Part shown: positions 39,732 to 53,717 of the stretch, one piece after another | Layout of the letters: the number at the start of each line of letters is the position of its first letter | Position numbering within the stretch: position 1 is the first letter of the stretch | Source of the DNA: Lama glama | Lineage: Eukaryota | Reading direction: 5' to 3' | DNA: 64,000 bases | NCBI GenBank assembly: GCA_028534125.1 | Contig: CM052817.1 | Location: forward strand, 79,052,001-79,116,000 | Notes under the pieces: generated by a model | Database searches by the model: none | What the model saw: only the letters and a program-made list of their open reading frames with translations | Told to the model about the DNA's origin: nothing | Position numbers and translations under genes: made by a program

Positions 39732-39845
39732 CTTAAGAGCATGCTTCAGTTCATAGGCATCATAAAGCCGAGAGGGTTTCATCAGAGCCACGATTAATTT
39801 TTCAAATTTTCCAGTCAGTTCTGATTTCAGGTCATCCAAAAGGTC
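39732..39845 (-). CDS. ANXA5: ANXA5 exon 5 ([38 protein letters not shown])
   Basis: 114 nt, gttag|GAC...AAG|gtaaaa; visible in ORF 39597..39839. Confidence 0.98.
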
Positions 39846-40995
39846 CTAACACACAGAAAATACGTATTTGTTAACCAGACATAAATTTAAGGAGATTCTT
39901 TTGAAAAATGAGAGACAGCCCTTTATTCTAATGAATTCTTTACCTTGCTGTCTCCCAGCAGAAGTAAGACACTAAGCTAAACCACATGCGGAAGCTCCGA
40001 ACAATGTACTGTGGACATCTGACCCAAAGCTTAACCTAAAGCAAACCCATTCAAGTGTAAAGGTATCTGTTTTAAGAGATGTTTTTCTTTACCTCAAGAG
40101 TTTAAAAAAAAAATTTAAAAATAGGTTAAAATTTTTTATTTTAAAAACACTGTTCTGAGAAACGTGTATCTTTAAAAAAAAATTTCCCCCAAAAAACTCA
40201 CAAATACATTTTTAGAAGGGACAAAATCTGGCCTATCACACCTAAACAAAACAATGTCTTCCTTTCTCTCCACATCTAATGATAGCCTAACACGCACATA
40301 ACGGACTGCATTCATTACTGCGCTCCTGACTACTGTGGGACAGCTGCTATGGGGAAACTGTGTAAAATTATGGAGAAAAGCAGTATTTCTTATCCATTTC
40401 AGTTTCAGCACAAAGGCAACTAGGAATTGTGCTTAAAATAATTTCTATTCTTTCTTTGCATTTGTTTCTCAAAATAACAAACACAAATTTTCAGAATAAC
40501 AAAACTACATTTAAATTTTTCATGTCTGTACTAATTCATTTAGTAAAAAATTTAATTTTCACTTTGAATTATTTATCGAATAAGAGCATTTAAATCAATG
40601 ATTTAAAAATTCATTTATTAAAACACCACTCCAAAAGGAATCAAGACACACGCAGGTGCTGTGTCATAACAAAACATACTGCAATGCAGGTTTACACCTG
40701 GAAAACAGGTAACACAAAAGTCCTGAGTGGGAAGCACAGAAGGAAAGGGCAGTTATCCCCATGGGATCTTCCAGCACCTCTAGACCGTCAAGCCAGGAAA
40801 AACAATCACATGAGGGTAAGTTGGGTGAGCATTATAAACCAACATCCAGTAACCAAGAGACTGGAAAAGAAAGGAGGAATAGGAAAGTCAGAATCATAAA
40901 ATAAATGATATTTATGAAAGCATATTAGATTTCAAACTCGTCTTAGAAGATAAAGCTGCTCTCACATTTGACCTTGGGATGAAGTGTGCTCTTAC

Positions 40996-41090
40996 CCTGC
41001 CAAAAAGAGTTTTAAAAGCCACAGCAATTTCCTGGCGCTGAGCGTTACTGCGGGATGTCAACAGGGTCAGGATGCTCTCCTCATCGGTGC
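40996..41090 (-). CDS. ANXA5: ANXA5 exon 4 (TDEESILTLLTSRSNAQRQEIAVAFKTLFGR)
   Basis: 95 nt, ttgcag|GCA...AGG|gtaaga. Confidence 0.97.
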
Positions 41091-42352
41091 CTGCAATTTA
41101 TGTTCGAACCGTTACATCTCGGCCCCTACATCCCACTCTCTCAGTAACCTCTGTAACCAGATTCCCATTAATTCCTTACCTCACAAAATATATTCTATTA
41201 CAGAATTTATTAAACTTTAAAATTTACAATTTCAAAATGTTATCATTTCCAATAATACATACTAGCCCCATACATTGTGAAGTAGATGCAAAAATCCTCC
41301 TGACTTTTTAGAAACAGTGCACCTAGCTTTTATCGCAACTAAAAGTTTCTCATATAACAGCTACTCACAAGGCACAGTGTGTTGGGTGTTACAGGGGATT
41401 GAGGGGAGAAAGATATAAACCCAGGTTTCAAGTTATTGGCAATTTAGGGTAAAAATACAAAAATACAAATAACTGTGAGGTAAGGCAGAATGGGACAAGT
41501 GCATCAAGAGAGGTCCAGGTGCTAAACAGGGATCAAAGGAGGTTCTCTTAGCTGATAGGAGGTGGAACAGAGTCTGCAGGAAAGCTTCATGGAGAGGGTG
41601 ACACCCAAAACCATCTTGAAGAATGAAAAGACTGTGACAGGCAGTGACGACGTAGCGAAGGAAGACAGGCTTTTAGAACTGGGGAAAAGCTCAGCAGCAG
41701 GAAATTACAGGGTTTTCCTGAACAGCAGATCAGCCGACATGGCTGAACCAGAGGACACAGGCGATACAGGGAAGGCCTTGCAAGGCCAGAAAGCTGCACC
41801 TAACCCTGCTACAACAGGAAATCTCACACGATGTTCAAAATGGAGAGTGACGGGGTCAGAGCCAAGTTTGAGGAAGGTGGATCCCTTCACATGGACATGA
41901 GTACGGAGGGGGCCGGAGGACAAGGGGATCAGTTAGTTACAGATGGAAATCCTCATGATGAGTTAAGTGGCTAGAAAGGAGAGCGAGGAAAGAGAAGACA
42001 GCTGGACAGAAGAATCCTACAGAACTGCTATGTGGCTGCGCAACGAGAGCGAAATGCTGCACAGCTGATCACTCTCAGGAATGTCTACTTATCTACTCAA
42101 TCAGCCACTCAATCACACAGACAAAGTGGAACAGCTAAAAAAAACAGAGGCTGAACTGAACTCCCGTTCGGTTCTAAACAATGAAGACTGGAGGTGGCCA
42201 GTCATCGTTTTGCTATCTTGAGGTAACTTTTCTCTCTACATACATTTCAAATCAAAATATTCTAAAAGTAATTTTACTATAAAACAATGATTTCTGTTCA
42301 GAAAAACAAAAGTCACATTTTTTTTTTAGAACAAAAAGAAGGCTGAATTTAC

Positions 42353-42437
42353 CCAGGCCCTTCATGGCCTTCCGAAGAGTTTCCGCATCAGCCCGCTCAT
42401 CAAATCCGGGGAAGCTGGTCACAGTGCCTCTGAGAAC
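42353..42437 (-). CDS. ANXA5: ANXA5 exon 3 (VLRGTVTSFPGFDERADAETLRKAMKGLG)
   Basis: 85 nt, tgccag|GTT...CTGG|gtaaat. Confidence 0.97.
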
Positions 42438-42888
42438 CTGGCACAGGAAAAACAGTGGTATTATTCAAGCACGACTAATACGACAATCCACATAAACAGC
42501 AAGCCACTGGCTCTACATCGTGTTCAGACTTTAAATACATTACCATTTGATAAGATATAGAAACCCCATCTGAAACGTGAAGTGGACCATTACAACATCA
42601 GAGTCAGCCTTGAAACAACGTATAGGAAAATCTTAGTGTTGCTATAGCAGCCAAAAGTATACAAACAAGAGAGGAAGTGTCTCCCAGTTTGATCTCCCAG
42701 CCTCAGAGTGTTGGGAGCAGCACTCAAAGTTGGTAGCAGCTTTCATTCCCTGGGCCCTGAGCTAAACAAAAGACTGTGGCCAACTAGGAAAGGGGGGTGG
42801 GGAGGGGTGCTCGCTCCTACTTCTCTCATGGGGAGGTCACAAAACTAAGCCAGAGCTCTTCATTCTACTAAGTGGGAAAACGTGATTC

Positions 42889-43696
42889 TGTGATTATAAT
42901 AAGAAATACATATTTGGTCTTCATCCCCATTTCTGGCACAGAGCTCCTAAGACCCTTGGAATTCCCTAATGATAAGAGCTTGAATATTCATAGCAAACCC
43001 TCTTCAAACACATCTGAGTTTATGTTACTAAAGTGACTTTTGGAAAGCATCTAAGGATGCTTTTAAGGGGAACCAACCATGTGATTAGAGGGTTGGAGCT
43101 TTCAGTCCCATACCCCCACCCCCACCTCAGGGAGGAGAGAGGACCCGGAAATTGACTTCATTCACAATAACCAATGATTTAGTCAATAATGTCTATGTAA
43201 TGAAGCCTCCATAAAAACCCAAAAGGAAAAGGTTGGAGAGCTTCCAGGCTGTTGAACACACGGAGATGTGGAGAGGACACTGAGGTTCCACACCCCTTCC
43301 CATATATCTTGCTCTATGCATCTCTCCCACCTGACTGTTCTTGAGTTATATCCTTTTATAATAAACCAATGATCCCTGTAAGTAAATGTTTCTCTGAATT
43401 CTGTGAGCCACTCTAGCACAATTAAATACAATGACGGGGTCACTAGAAATTCCAGTCTATAGCCAGTCAGAAGCACAGGTGACAATCTGGACTTGAAACT
43501 GGCATCTGAATGAAATGGGTGTGGGGGGAGAGGAAGGAGGCAGTCTTGTAGGACTGAGCCCTTAACCTGTGGGATCTGATACTATCTCAGGTAGACAGTG
43601 TCAGAATGGAGCTGGACTGCAGGACACCCAGCTGGTGCAGGAGAACTGCTTGTTGGTGTGTGGAAACCACCCCCTACATTGGAATTGGGCTCAGAA
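42889..43696 (+). mobile_element. MER21-type ERVL solo LTR in ANXA5 intron 2 (antisense to the gene)
   Basis: TGTGATTATAATAAGAAATACATATTTGGTCTTC...GGCACAGAGCTCCTAAGACCCTTGGAATT; AACCAACCATGTGATTAGAGGGTTGG; AATAAA near 43360. Confidence 0.8.
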
Positions 43697-46600
43697 CTGT
43701 TAGAAATCCACCCACAGCCAGGCTAGTCTCCATTTCCACCCTACCTAAAAAGCACAGATGCATACTGGCCAACAAATTCCCTGCCATTAGTTCCATCAAG
43801 CTTGAGCTGCTTGAAATTGAATGGCTGAGTACTAGCACTTTCCCATGGTTCAACATAATTAAAAGGAGCAATAGGTTGGGAGAGAAACTGGTAAGATTTA
43901 AGAAGACGGCCCTTCAAAATTGGTGTGAGTTAGCAAAGTTATTTCTCAGGTCAAACTGCAATTTCTCTCTGTTTAGTAAAACCAGTTCAAAACGATGATG
44001 AAGACACCATCAACATCATCATAAAAATGGATAAATACCATAGATTTTCTCAATGTGAGAACTTGGATGATTAGTTCACCTGTCTGTTTGTTTATTCACT
44101 CAACAACCATTTCTTTGAATGCCTTCCACATGCCAAGCATTGTACAAACCACTAGGAAAAAGTCATGACCTCTTAAGTCAAGAGAAAATGACAGGTATGT
44201 AAATAATCAAGTGCACTAGAGCATATATACACGGAGGTTTCATCAGTTTGACGTGAGCAAATACAGGAGGGACTAAGACGGGAAGAGCGGAAGGGAAAGA
44301 AATGGGAAAAACTTCCCCAAATGTCTTGAAAATTGCCTATGACTCTGCAGGTTCGGGAAAGCAGAGAAGGGCAGGCAGGTATTTCAACACACAGGAAAAT
44401 GTGGGAGAATGAAACTTTGCTGTACTTTGGACAAAAGGTTAAGCATTTCAACAGGCTGGAACAAGCAGTAAGGTTGGTCAGAAAAGCAAACAAGGGAAAA
44501 GTCACAGTGGGGGGCAAGCACAGGCTGGAAGCCCTGCTAAAAAGAGCAGCTGTCAGCCCAAAGGCAGCGGGAAGCCCTTGGAGAGCACCTAAGCAGAGAA
44601 GAACAATGTTGACCCTGCAGTCACATGACTAGGGCAGCAGTGGGGACAGCGGGAGGGACTGTGCATCTGTGGAGACAGGAAGCCTGTTTTAAAAACTAGT
44701 AAATATAAAAAGAAGGTAAAAAAAAGACCTGATCTAAGTCAGGAGCGGTGGAAATGGAAACAAAAAGACAGATGAACAGACAGGGCTAAGGCAGAAGGGA
44801 ACCTTTTAGGATGACTCCTTTTTCTGATAGGGAAAGGAAGGCTGGTTTCGCATTTCTCCACGTACTGTATGAGAAGCAGGATCGTCTGTTACCAGGGAAA
44901 AACTGGAGTCCTTCGAGGAGGCTCACGAAGGCAATATTGATGGGGTGGGAAGAAGAGTTGGAGGAGAAGGGAAGGTCACCTACAAACAGAATGGCAACTA
45001 ACATCAGCTGAGGGCAACAACGAGCCAGGCACCATGCTCAGGGCTTCATGCGGATCTTCTCAGTGAAACTGCATTTTACAGATGAAAAGACACCCTGTCT
45101 TAGAAAGGTTTGGCGAACCACCCAATGACCAGCAAGCAAGCCAAGCAGCAGAGCCGGGACTTGAACACAGGCTATGGGACTGTGGGCTCTTAACTATGAT
45201 GCTCCACAGCCTCCCAAAGGCAAAGGGAAAATCCAAAGAAGGTGACAGGATGGAAGTCAAAGGAGAAAAAATGTTCCAAGAGAAAAGGAAGAAAAGCCAG
45301 TGTTCAAACCACAGGGAAGTCAAGTGAGAGGGACGATGAAAAGGGGCCCACTGGAGTTGTAACTAGGAGGTCCTTGGTGGTGGTAAAAGCCTGACTCGAG
45401 GACACTGAAGGGTGAACTGGGAGGCAGAGCATCTCTGTGAACTTCTATTTTACAAACTTTTTTTAAAAATCCTTTTCAAAAACACACTTTAAAAAATACC
45501 TTATCCAGTTTATGGCTCTGAAGAAGTGGCTAGCAGGTAGAGAAGTTAAAAACAGGGAAGAGGTTAAGAATAGAGGAGACAGGAGGGATTTGTCATAAAA
45601 AGAAGGGACATCTGACTCCCGAGCCTGAAGGAAGCGTAGTGAACCACGGGAAGAAGAGAGGTATCCTCAGAGTCTCAGCTCCTAACACGGAGAAGACACA
45701 CCTGCTGGCTGTATTTTTGAGAGCTTTCTAGAAATTGGGAAATACTCTCGCTACATTCCATGTGATTAGAGTCATCGTGAAAGCTAGCAAAGCCACGTAG
45801 CCATAGTAAGGGACCAGATGTGAATCACAGGACGTGACTCACGAGGGCAGAACCCGCCCTCACAAAACCGTCTGCACTGGACAAAGGGGACCCTGCAGGA
45901 CTCACAAGAGGACGTCCCTGCTTCCTGTCGTTCCCACTAGCCTCAAGTTCAGTGGGTGCGCCTTCCCCAGGTTAATTCCAGTCCTAAGTAGCTACTGTTC
46001 CCTTCACCCATCCTCAGTTCATCCTCAACTACCCTGGGCCCCTGCCACCAACACAGTACTAAGGGAATTATTACATATACTCAGACAATACATGGCCAAA
46101 ACATGTAATTCACTCTTTTAACCCTCAACTTCAAAATTACCCATTCTTCTAGCTCTGTAATTTTCTTTGGATTTTTCTGTTTGTTTGCTCTAAATGAAAA
46201 AGTTCTTTACCTTCAAAGAGTAGGAATGCCAAAATAAAATGAATAAAATTAAGCCAAAACACAAGTGAAGGGTTGCTTTTCTAGACACAGAATGTAGAAG
46301 CACAGGAAAATAAAACAGAAATAATACTCCAAATTTAAAGACAAGAAAACATTCACCTAGTCTGAAACATTCTAAACTGAAGCTTTCCTGAAGGCACAGA
46401 GGAGAACTAAACCCTCTTTAAATCCGCCTTCAGTTCAATGAAATCGACGCCTCAACACCCACCCCATTCCCCTCGGTGTCACGAAGCAGGAGCCAGGCAT
46501 CATGAAGCAGACCACTGGGGCTGAGCAGCTACACAAGGATTTCTGTGTGTGGCTCTTCTGAGGCTCAGGTTTTGCAAAAAGCTTTTGGAGGCCCTCAAGG

Positions 46601-49600
46601 AAGGTGGGGAGGACGAAGGCCAAGGGCAGAGTCCTCCCTCCCCTCTCCAGGCACAGCAGTTCAGGTCTTACGTGAGGGACACAGTACAGGCCCACTAATA
46701 TTTCCTGTCATAATGGGTCCCCTGATAAGCAAGGAAAAAAACTGAAAATCACTGTACTAAGAAAGAAATGAGATGAGCAAGAAGGGGGGAAAAGCCAGGG
46801 TGACAGGATTATGACTTGAGGTGCTCAGTAAATTAAAGACCAGGAAACACTAGAACCTCCCAGAGGACTGAGGGGTACAAACACATAAAATCAGGGCTCA
46901 GAAATAAGATCTCACACCTGCATCTTTACCGTTGCTCGAGCCCATCAAACTATCGAGCCCACAGTTCAAAGCCTTAAATTTAAATTGGTCTATAACTATT
47001 GTTAAGTTTCCCATAACTTCCTTTCCCTTTCATGCTCCTTCTTATTTTAGCTTTTTTTCCATTCTGTCTGAGTATCCTACTACCTTTGACTTCTCTCTTA
47101 AACTCAGATGTAAGGAAAAAAAGCATCACTATAAAACAGTTCAAGTAGTACACACAGTGGTAGAAAAGAAGTCTTTAGAAACTTAACAAAACAAAGGTTG
47201 TCAATAATGACTTAGGCTTTTGTTGTGTTTCATTAATGCTCCTCTGGCTACCTCCCAGCTAGTACAAGAATGCCTTCCCTTGGCAATTACCAATAAAATG
47301 GAAAATTTAATTAACTGCCTATGCATAACGGTGATACCTCTGAATTGGTTAACTCAGGCAAACACACCAATCTCTGCTGAATACACATGATGGCGGGGGG
47401 GATATTCCCAGTGGTTCAACTGGCCACTGTGCACACAGCACATGAAAAGCTCTATCACTAACCAATTCATTCATATCAATGCCTCAATCAAGTTTATAGG
47501 TTTCTCACATTAGAGAAGAGTGTGTGTGGGTTCACAACTTTACCTCCTTTTGTATCTACACAAGGGGCAGAAATCTAATGAACGTGGCTGGTCCTAGATA
47601 AAGGTAGGAAATAAGTCAGCCTCCAGTCTTTTCAATTGTAGGAAGAGATGAATAATATATAAACAAATGGATGACCTACACAGATGAAAGAGGATTTAAA
47701 GATGCTATACACTCTGTTGTGTATTAGACAGCACCACCTAAGTGTTTTATAAAGAACTCAAATTCAGCAAATCCACTGTTTTCCCCCACATTCCTTCCTC
47801 AAAGAAAAACACAACCAACCACACCATCAAGCAAGTCAGTCATCTTGACCTCAATCTGGCCCTTCACCCCCAACTCCCATCCTATTCATGCATCCAATCT
47901 GCCCAGTCTCCTACAGTGCCCTTCTCTCTGAAGTCCCAGCTACTGCCTGGTTTAAGCCCTTAAGATTTCACTAGGATTACAGCCACAGATTCCTAAGTGT
48001 TCTTCCAATATCTAGCTTCCCTCTCCTTCCTCTGCTTCACCACCCCACCTCTGCAGCCCCCAGAAACACAACAACACACTGGCCCCAGGGCGATCTTTGT
48101 GAAATATCAATCTGACCACGGCACACCCCAACTTACCACTCTGTGGGAGCGCGACATTACCTACAAAATGGCTCGTATTCTTCAGCTCTGGCTCCAGTCT
48201 GCCTCTCTGGCACCCCTTTCCAAGGCAGGACCCCCATCTCCCCACTGACTGCAGCTTTACCCCAGCAGTGCCACGCTGCCTGCAGCTCCCGGCCAGGCCA
48301 GACTCCTTTACACCCCGAGTATGTACTTTCGCTGTTGCTGCCTCTACATATCATGCCTTTCCTCCTTTGTCCCATGTGACTAGTGCCAGCTAAGTAATCT
48401 CAATTTCTCTTTCTGTGAAACTGAAATAGTGTTACTTATTTCCAAAACTGTATTATGACCACTAAACAATGCATACAAAGGAGTCGGCAATGCATCTGTT
48501 ATACCAATATAACTTAGTTCCATTTGCCTTTTTATTTCTCATGACTAACAATACCTGGCACACAGTAGGAACTCAAGTTTCATACAATCATGAATGCATG
48601 CATGAATGAAAAGTAAAGAGCACAATTAGGAACTGGTGTCCAAAGAAATGACACCAACTGGAATATGCATTCCTTTCAACTAATCAATGGCTTATAGGTT
48701 TACACATTACACAAACCACTAAACCGAAAGGGTCGGTCCAAAAAACACTTAGAGCCAAGGTCTTAGGAGCCCTAATTTTTGTAAAAATATTAACTGATAA
48801 TTTGTGAAGTTTTAGAATAATAAACTTCTAAATCATTGAAAGAAGAAAACCAGATTGCCACTTCTAACTAGCTGCCACCTGTGTCCAAGGGGCACTAGGT
48901 CAAGACAAGAGAATTAAAGTTAACTGAACGCCGCCAATGAACTGCTCAGTGGCTTGCAAAGCAGCCAAGCAGATTCGAATCTAGTTCTTTCTCAGCATCC
49001 AAAATGAAGACCAGGGTCAAAGGAATCAGAAACTGGGAGAAACTAACCCAAAGCAGCACAGGCCACTGGTAAACAGGTAACCTGATCTCAGAACCCCCAG
49101 GGAATCATTCAATACGGAGAGGTCTGACCTTAAAGTGACGGACCTGAAGAAAAGATGCATGCGACACCCAGGCACCTCCTCTGGCAGGAACCTCATCTCA
49201 AATGTACTTATTTACATTCAACCTGCTTGCTCTGCACAGGGCCCTTGTAAATGATCATAGTGTAATGATATCAAACCAACCAAAAGAATTTCTAATCAAA
49301 TCTTGTACAATTTAAGTATGTATCAGACTGATAACTCTGATATTCGTGAAGTTTCTAGCAAAAAATTATGTAGCCTGCTTTTGCTTCATGACAGTCCTGC
49401 GACCCTGAATACGTTAACTCTTTACAAACAATATTATAAATAAAACTGAGTTCCAACTGCCCAAAGTATAACTTTTTAAAGTTTCATTATCTTAAAGGAA
49501 AGATATAAAAGCCTTAAACTGAATTAAAATATATTAAATGGATCATTCATCTATGAAATATAGCCAACTCTTGATCTTTCCAAACCAAAGAACACAGTAT

Positions 49601-52600
49601 ACAATGTAACTTTAAGTATTTAAATAAATTAGAATATCTACGAAATAATTTGGCTCTAGCTAAGCAGTGAGATTTAAAAAAAGTAAAATAAACCTGTGTG
49701 AGCAAGTTCAGCAACAGGAAAGAAGTCAGTCAGGACTCAATTTAAGAAATCCAGCCCAACATATGGTAAGTCAGATTAAAGAAATGACCCTAAAATCTAA
49801 TGAAAAATTCACATTTATATAATCAGAAGTTGACTGTTGGATGAAAGTATTCAAAAATATTTACTATAGACAATGCAGGCAATTTTAATAGCACTTTGGC
49901 CATTCCTTAGTAAATATCTTGAATTAGCCTGCACCCAAATTTAACATAGTAGATTGTGTTACCGATCCAATGATAATTTATTACTCGTTTAGCAAACTTT
50001 ATGCTAAAATAACATGGATGTTGTAGTTTCAAGCCAGATAAATATTAAAGCTTTCAAATGAATAGTTTCAAACATATAAAAGTAAATACTGTCTAGGAAT
50101 TGTTTATAAGCAGGTACATTTATAATTTATATTTTTCTTGTATATCATGGAGAACATACAGTTAGCCAGTGTGTTCTTGAAAGAGTCTTGGAAGCCTCAC
50201 GTTAGACTACTTCTCTCCATAGTCAACTGGTTAAATCCCACATATCTCAATACTGATGGATGAGGATTAGGATCAGAAAGAGAAGGCAGAGCTCAAGTGG
50301 TGGTTACCCATAAATGCCTCCAACTCCAAATGTATTTGCCCAACATGATAATTTAAGTCATTTTTTACGTAGTTTCCAATATGTGCCACAGCTTTGCCCC
50401 CTACACTGACACATTAGGGTAAAATTTAACTAAAAAAATGGCATTGATATGAATTACATTAACCATAATAATTTATAACTTACTTATATAATAAATATAT
50501 TAACACAAATATGCACAAAAGTATCCCTAATAATATAATTACATTAAAAAAAAACTTCAATGTATCTATCAGTAAAGACCGATCAATGCTTTCTTGTCAA
50601 ATTCTTAACAAGACAGTCACGCCTGTGATCTACTTATACAATAACTGACTCCTGGATATCTTAAAGATTGTTATAGGTGGGGTAGTCCCAATGTTAAGTA
50701 AAAAGAGAAAACCACCAGCATGGAAGATTTAGTTCATAAACATGAAGAACCACTGCTGGAGGAGGCTTCCTTTTAATTTTTCAGTAAATAAGAGACATTA
50801 ATATTTCACAATACATTTTATATTGCCAAAACGCAAAACTCTTAAGACTCAGGCATCTGACCCCATTACTCTACAGAGAGCCACAGAGTGGAGGTCTCTG
50901 GTTCCCATAACCACAGGTCAACAAAAGGTACTACCATGGAAACCATTTGAAACCTAACACTGAAGGACTTCAGCTTTCCAATAATGATACTGGGATCCCA
51001 AGGAAATTTTAGACAGTAAAAGTGCAATTCCATAATGTGGGCATCTGCCCACCATCAAATGTTAAGACTAAAGCCAACAAAACTCCATCTTAATATTAAA
51101 TATTTTAACAAAATGTTTTATATCCATGGTTTCCAAGGATAACTAACAACAAAGCTACTGCAAAATTCAACACTGGATCCTTCTTAACATTATTTGTCAC
51201 TTTCATGATAACTAAAATCTGTGACTTGGATAGAAAACAGTCCTGGTTATACTGTGATAGAGGTCATATACATAACTCTATAATACAAGCCACATTCTCC
51301 AGGTTTTGTATATATAAGGGCTTTCACACTATTTTCACTATGAATTTATTAATGTCCACATTTGGGAAAATGTGATTATTGATGCTATCTTGGGTGAAGA
51401 GTCTACATAATTAAAAGAACTGATTGAAAAACTTCATAAATCACTGGGTAAGAGATAAGAGAAACAGCCAAATGAGCTAGGATAATGAGAATAATTCTCT
51501 GATGCATGCTAAATCATCATTTACATCACCACCAGCATATCAAGAAAGGAAAAGTAATTCCCGGCGAAGGAAAGTTAATTCCATATAAAAGTATCCTTTA
51601 TGGGGAAGAATCTAAACCAAAGTCTCCACTTTAAGTAATATGAGAATTGGTTTACTGTTACATTCCTTAAGTGCTAAAGAGAAAGAAAGAATGGAAGTAC
51701 TGTAAAAATTTAATAAAGTTACCAACTCCTCTTAATCCTCCCATTTTCTCTTGGAAAGAACCATGAAACCTTATTTTATTTTGATAAATCAATCTGATTT
51801 TTTTTCAAAAAGTGAACTATAAATAAGAGAGGGCATTGTTTGAGCAGTTAAAACACTTGTTTAAAAAAAAGTTTCTGGACTCTGATAAGCCAGTTAGATG
51901 GATGACGTCTCTAAAATTAGTTTTGGGGTGGAGTTGTCTTAAGCACTGATATTTTATTCACAAAAGAGTGCATAACACGGTCAATTTTTAACGAGTGCTA
52001 TCTAAATTAAATGCTCTTCTCTTCCCTATATTTTTGATAAATGTTAAGAACAGCAAAGACAGCCAATATTGGGTAATCAAATTCTGAAACAGTCCCAAGG
52101 CAAATTCAATTCAGAACTCGTTCCACGAGCTCGTTACTTAAAAGCAGCTCTTCTTAATCTTTTGCACTGGAGGGAAAAAAAATTCAGTGCCGACGACGAA
52201 CAGTTTCAGTAAAACCGAGTTGAGCAACTGGAAAAATCTCCCCTAGAGCTCTACTGGAAAATACCTAGTATGAAAATACAGGGAACTTTACGAGAAAAAA
52301 AAAAAAAGGGAAGCCAGGAAAAAGGGCTTCCTTTATTTTTTCAAATAAGAAAAGGTGGGGGTGGGTAATGCGTTCTCTTCACATGACCACAATGAGCTGT
52401 ACTTGCTCTGGATCTAATTTTAGCGACTCTTTGGATTTGGGGGAGGGCCTCCTTTTACACATTCACTCACGAACAGGGAGTGCGCAAAACTCCGGCCACG
52501 TCACCGGCGGCTGCGCCCGGGTGGGAGCAGGTTCCGGTGGACCCTCCGAGGGAAGAAGCAGGAAAAGAGGTTGGGGGGAGCAAAAGGGAAACAAGAAAGG

Positions 52601-52731
52601 TGTTAAGACATTTCCCGAAGGCAGATTCAGTTTACTCCTAAACTTTTTTGGCTTTCCGACAACTGCTAGAACTCCTGAGCAGCTTACAAAGTCGGTCAAT
52701 GCAAGCGCTGCTCGGGGGCGCACGGCCTTAC

Positions 52732-52740
52732 CTGTGCCAT
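52732..52740 (-). CDS. ANXA5: ANXA5 exon 2 coding part (MAQ); whole exon 52732-52779
   Basis: ttctcttgcag|TCCTGC...GTCGCC ATG GCA CAG|gtaagg; strong Kozak context GCCATGG. Confidence 0.95.
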
Positions 52741-52956
52741 GGCGACTGCTCAGGTCAGGAAAAGGTGACTGATGCAGGACTGCAAGAGAAAGACCGCGGC
52801 TTCAGTGAACGAGACTTTCCCGCAGCGGCGCCCAGACAGCACCTCCGCGCTCCGCAGACCCGCCCGCTCCGCAGCTCCCGGGACCGCTCCCCGCAGAGCG
52901 CCCGCGCAGCCCGGCGCCCCCGCTCCCCTCCGCGGACTAGGCGAGCGCCCACTCAC

Positions 52957-53070
52957 CCAGACCCGAACCTCCCGGAGAGCGGCGGAGCGAGGGGCAGCGA
53001 AACGCCGAGCAGGCAGGGATGCGGGCGGAGAAGACTCCGGGCAACTGCTAACAGGCGGCTCCGAGCAGCG
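52957..53070 (-). other. ANXA5: ANXA5 exon 1 (5'UTR, non-coding); TSS approximate
   Basis: Ends at strong donor ...GGGTCTGG|GTGAGT (plus-strand actcac 52951-52956); lies in the CpG island just downstream of GC boxes; resembles the human ANXA5 5'UTR as recalled. Confidence 0.75.
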
Positions 53071-53083
53071 GAAACACCACGGA

Positions 53084-53146
53084 CCCCGCCCCGCTCCGGC
53101 CGGCCCCGCCCTACCCGCCCCCGCCCCGGCCTCAGTGCGCCTGCGT
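53084..53146 (-). promoter_or_regulatory. TATA-less core promoter: clustered Sp/KLF GC boxes plus an NRF1-like site
   Basis: Several CCCGCCC copies at 53084-53127; TGCGCCTGCG at 53136-53145 resembles NRF1 TGCGCATGCGC. Confidence 0.7.
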
Positions 53147-53717
53147 CGGGCGCGGCTAGCCCGAGTCTTCACCGCCTATGTGGGGCTGGGCCGCAGCTGC
53201 GTTGGAACCCGGAGGGGGCGCGGCTCTCCTCGCCTGGCTTTAGGGGTCCCGGGGGCCCTGGAAGGGCTGGGGAACTGTCCAGGACTCTAGGCTTGGGGTC
53301 GTTGAGGCCTCCCTCCCTTTCGTGGCCGCAGGAATCGGGGCCTCACCCGGTGCTCGGGCATAGCGGTGCATGGGAGTGTTTTTTAAAGACAGGACACTCG
53401 CTGTAGTCGAGGACAGCATGTCTTTGACCAGGATCTAGGCAAACCGTGAAGCTTTGACAGCCAATTTACAAATTTATTTTTAAGGTTTTTTTTTTGTTTT
53501 TTTTTTTTTGGTTTTGTTTTTTTTTTTTTTAGTGTCTATGCTTGCTTCCTAGGTAACCTCTTCCATGTATAGGTCTTTGGTAGCTTAACTGGGAAATTTC
53601 AGAACTTCTGCCTGCGATCAGTTTCTGTTCGCAAAACCACCCTAGAACTTTCAAATAACTAACTTGAACCGTGCCCTAATATTAGTTAAACATAAAATAC
53701 ATGATTATGTGAGAGAG

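Larger units (their letters stand above)
24730..53070 (-). other. ANXA5: ANXA5 gene span (13 exons; exon 1 non-coding; 321-aa annexin A5)
   Basis: Manual splicing of 12 coding exons (9+85+95+114+91+80+57+94+96+59+123+63 = 966 nt) gives an uninterrupted four-repeat annexin with W187 in GELKWGTDE. All introns are GT..AG. Gene ends are approximate. Confidence 0.98.
52480..53410. promoter_or_regulatory. CpG island spanning the ANXA5 promoter, exon 1 and exon 2
   Basis: Very high GC and CpG density against an AT-rich, CpG-depleted background. Confidence 0.92.

Noticed and set aside
52368..53406. Long ORFs (252, 172, 140, 134 aa) over the promoter
   Set aside because: Stop-poor GC-rich CpG island; low-complexity Arg/Pro/Ala/Gly translations overlap in several frames; no recognisable domain
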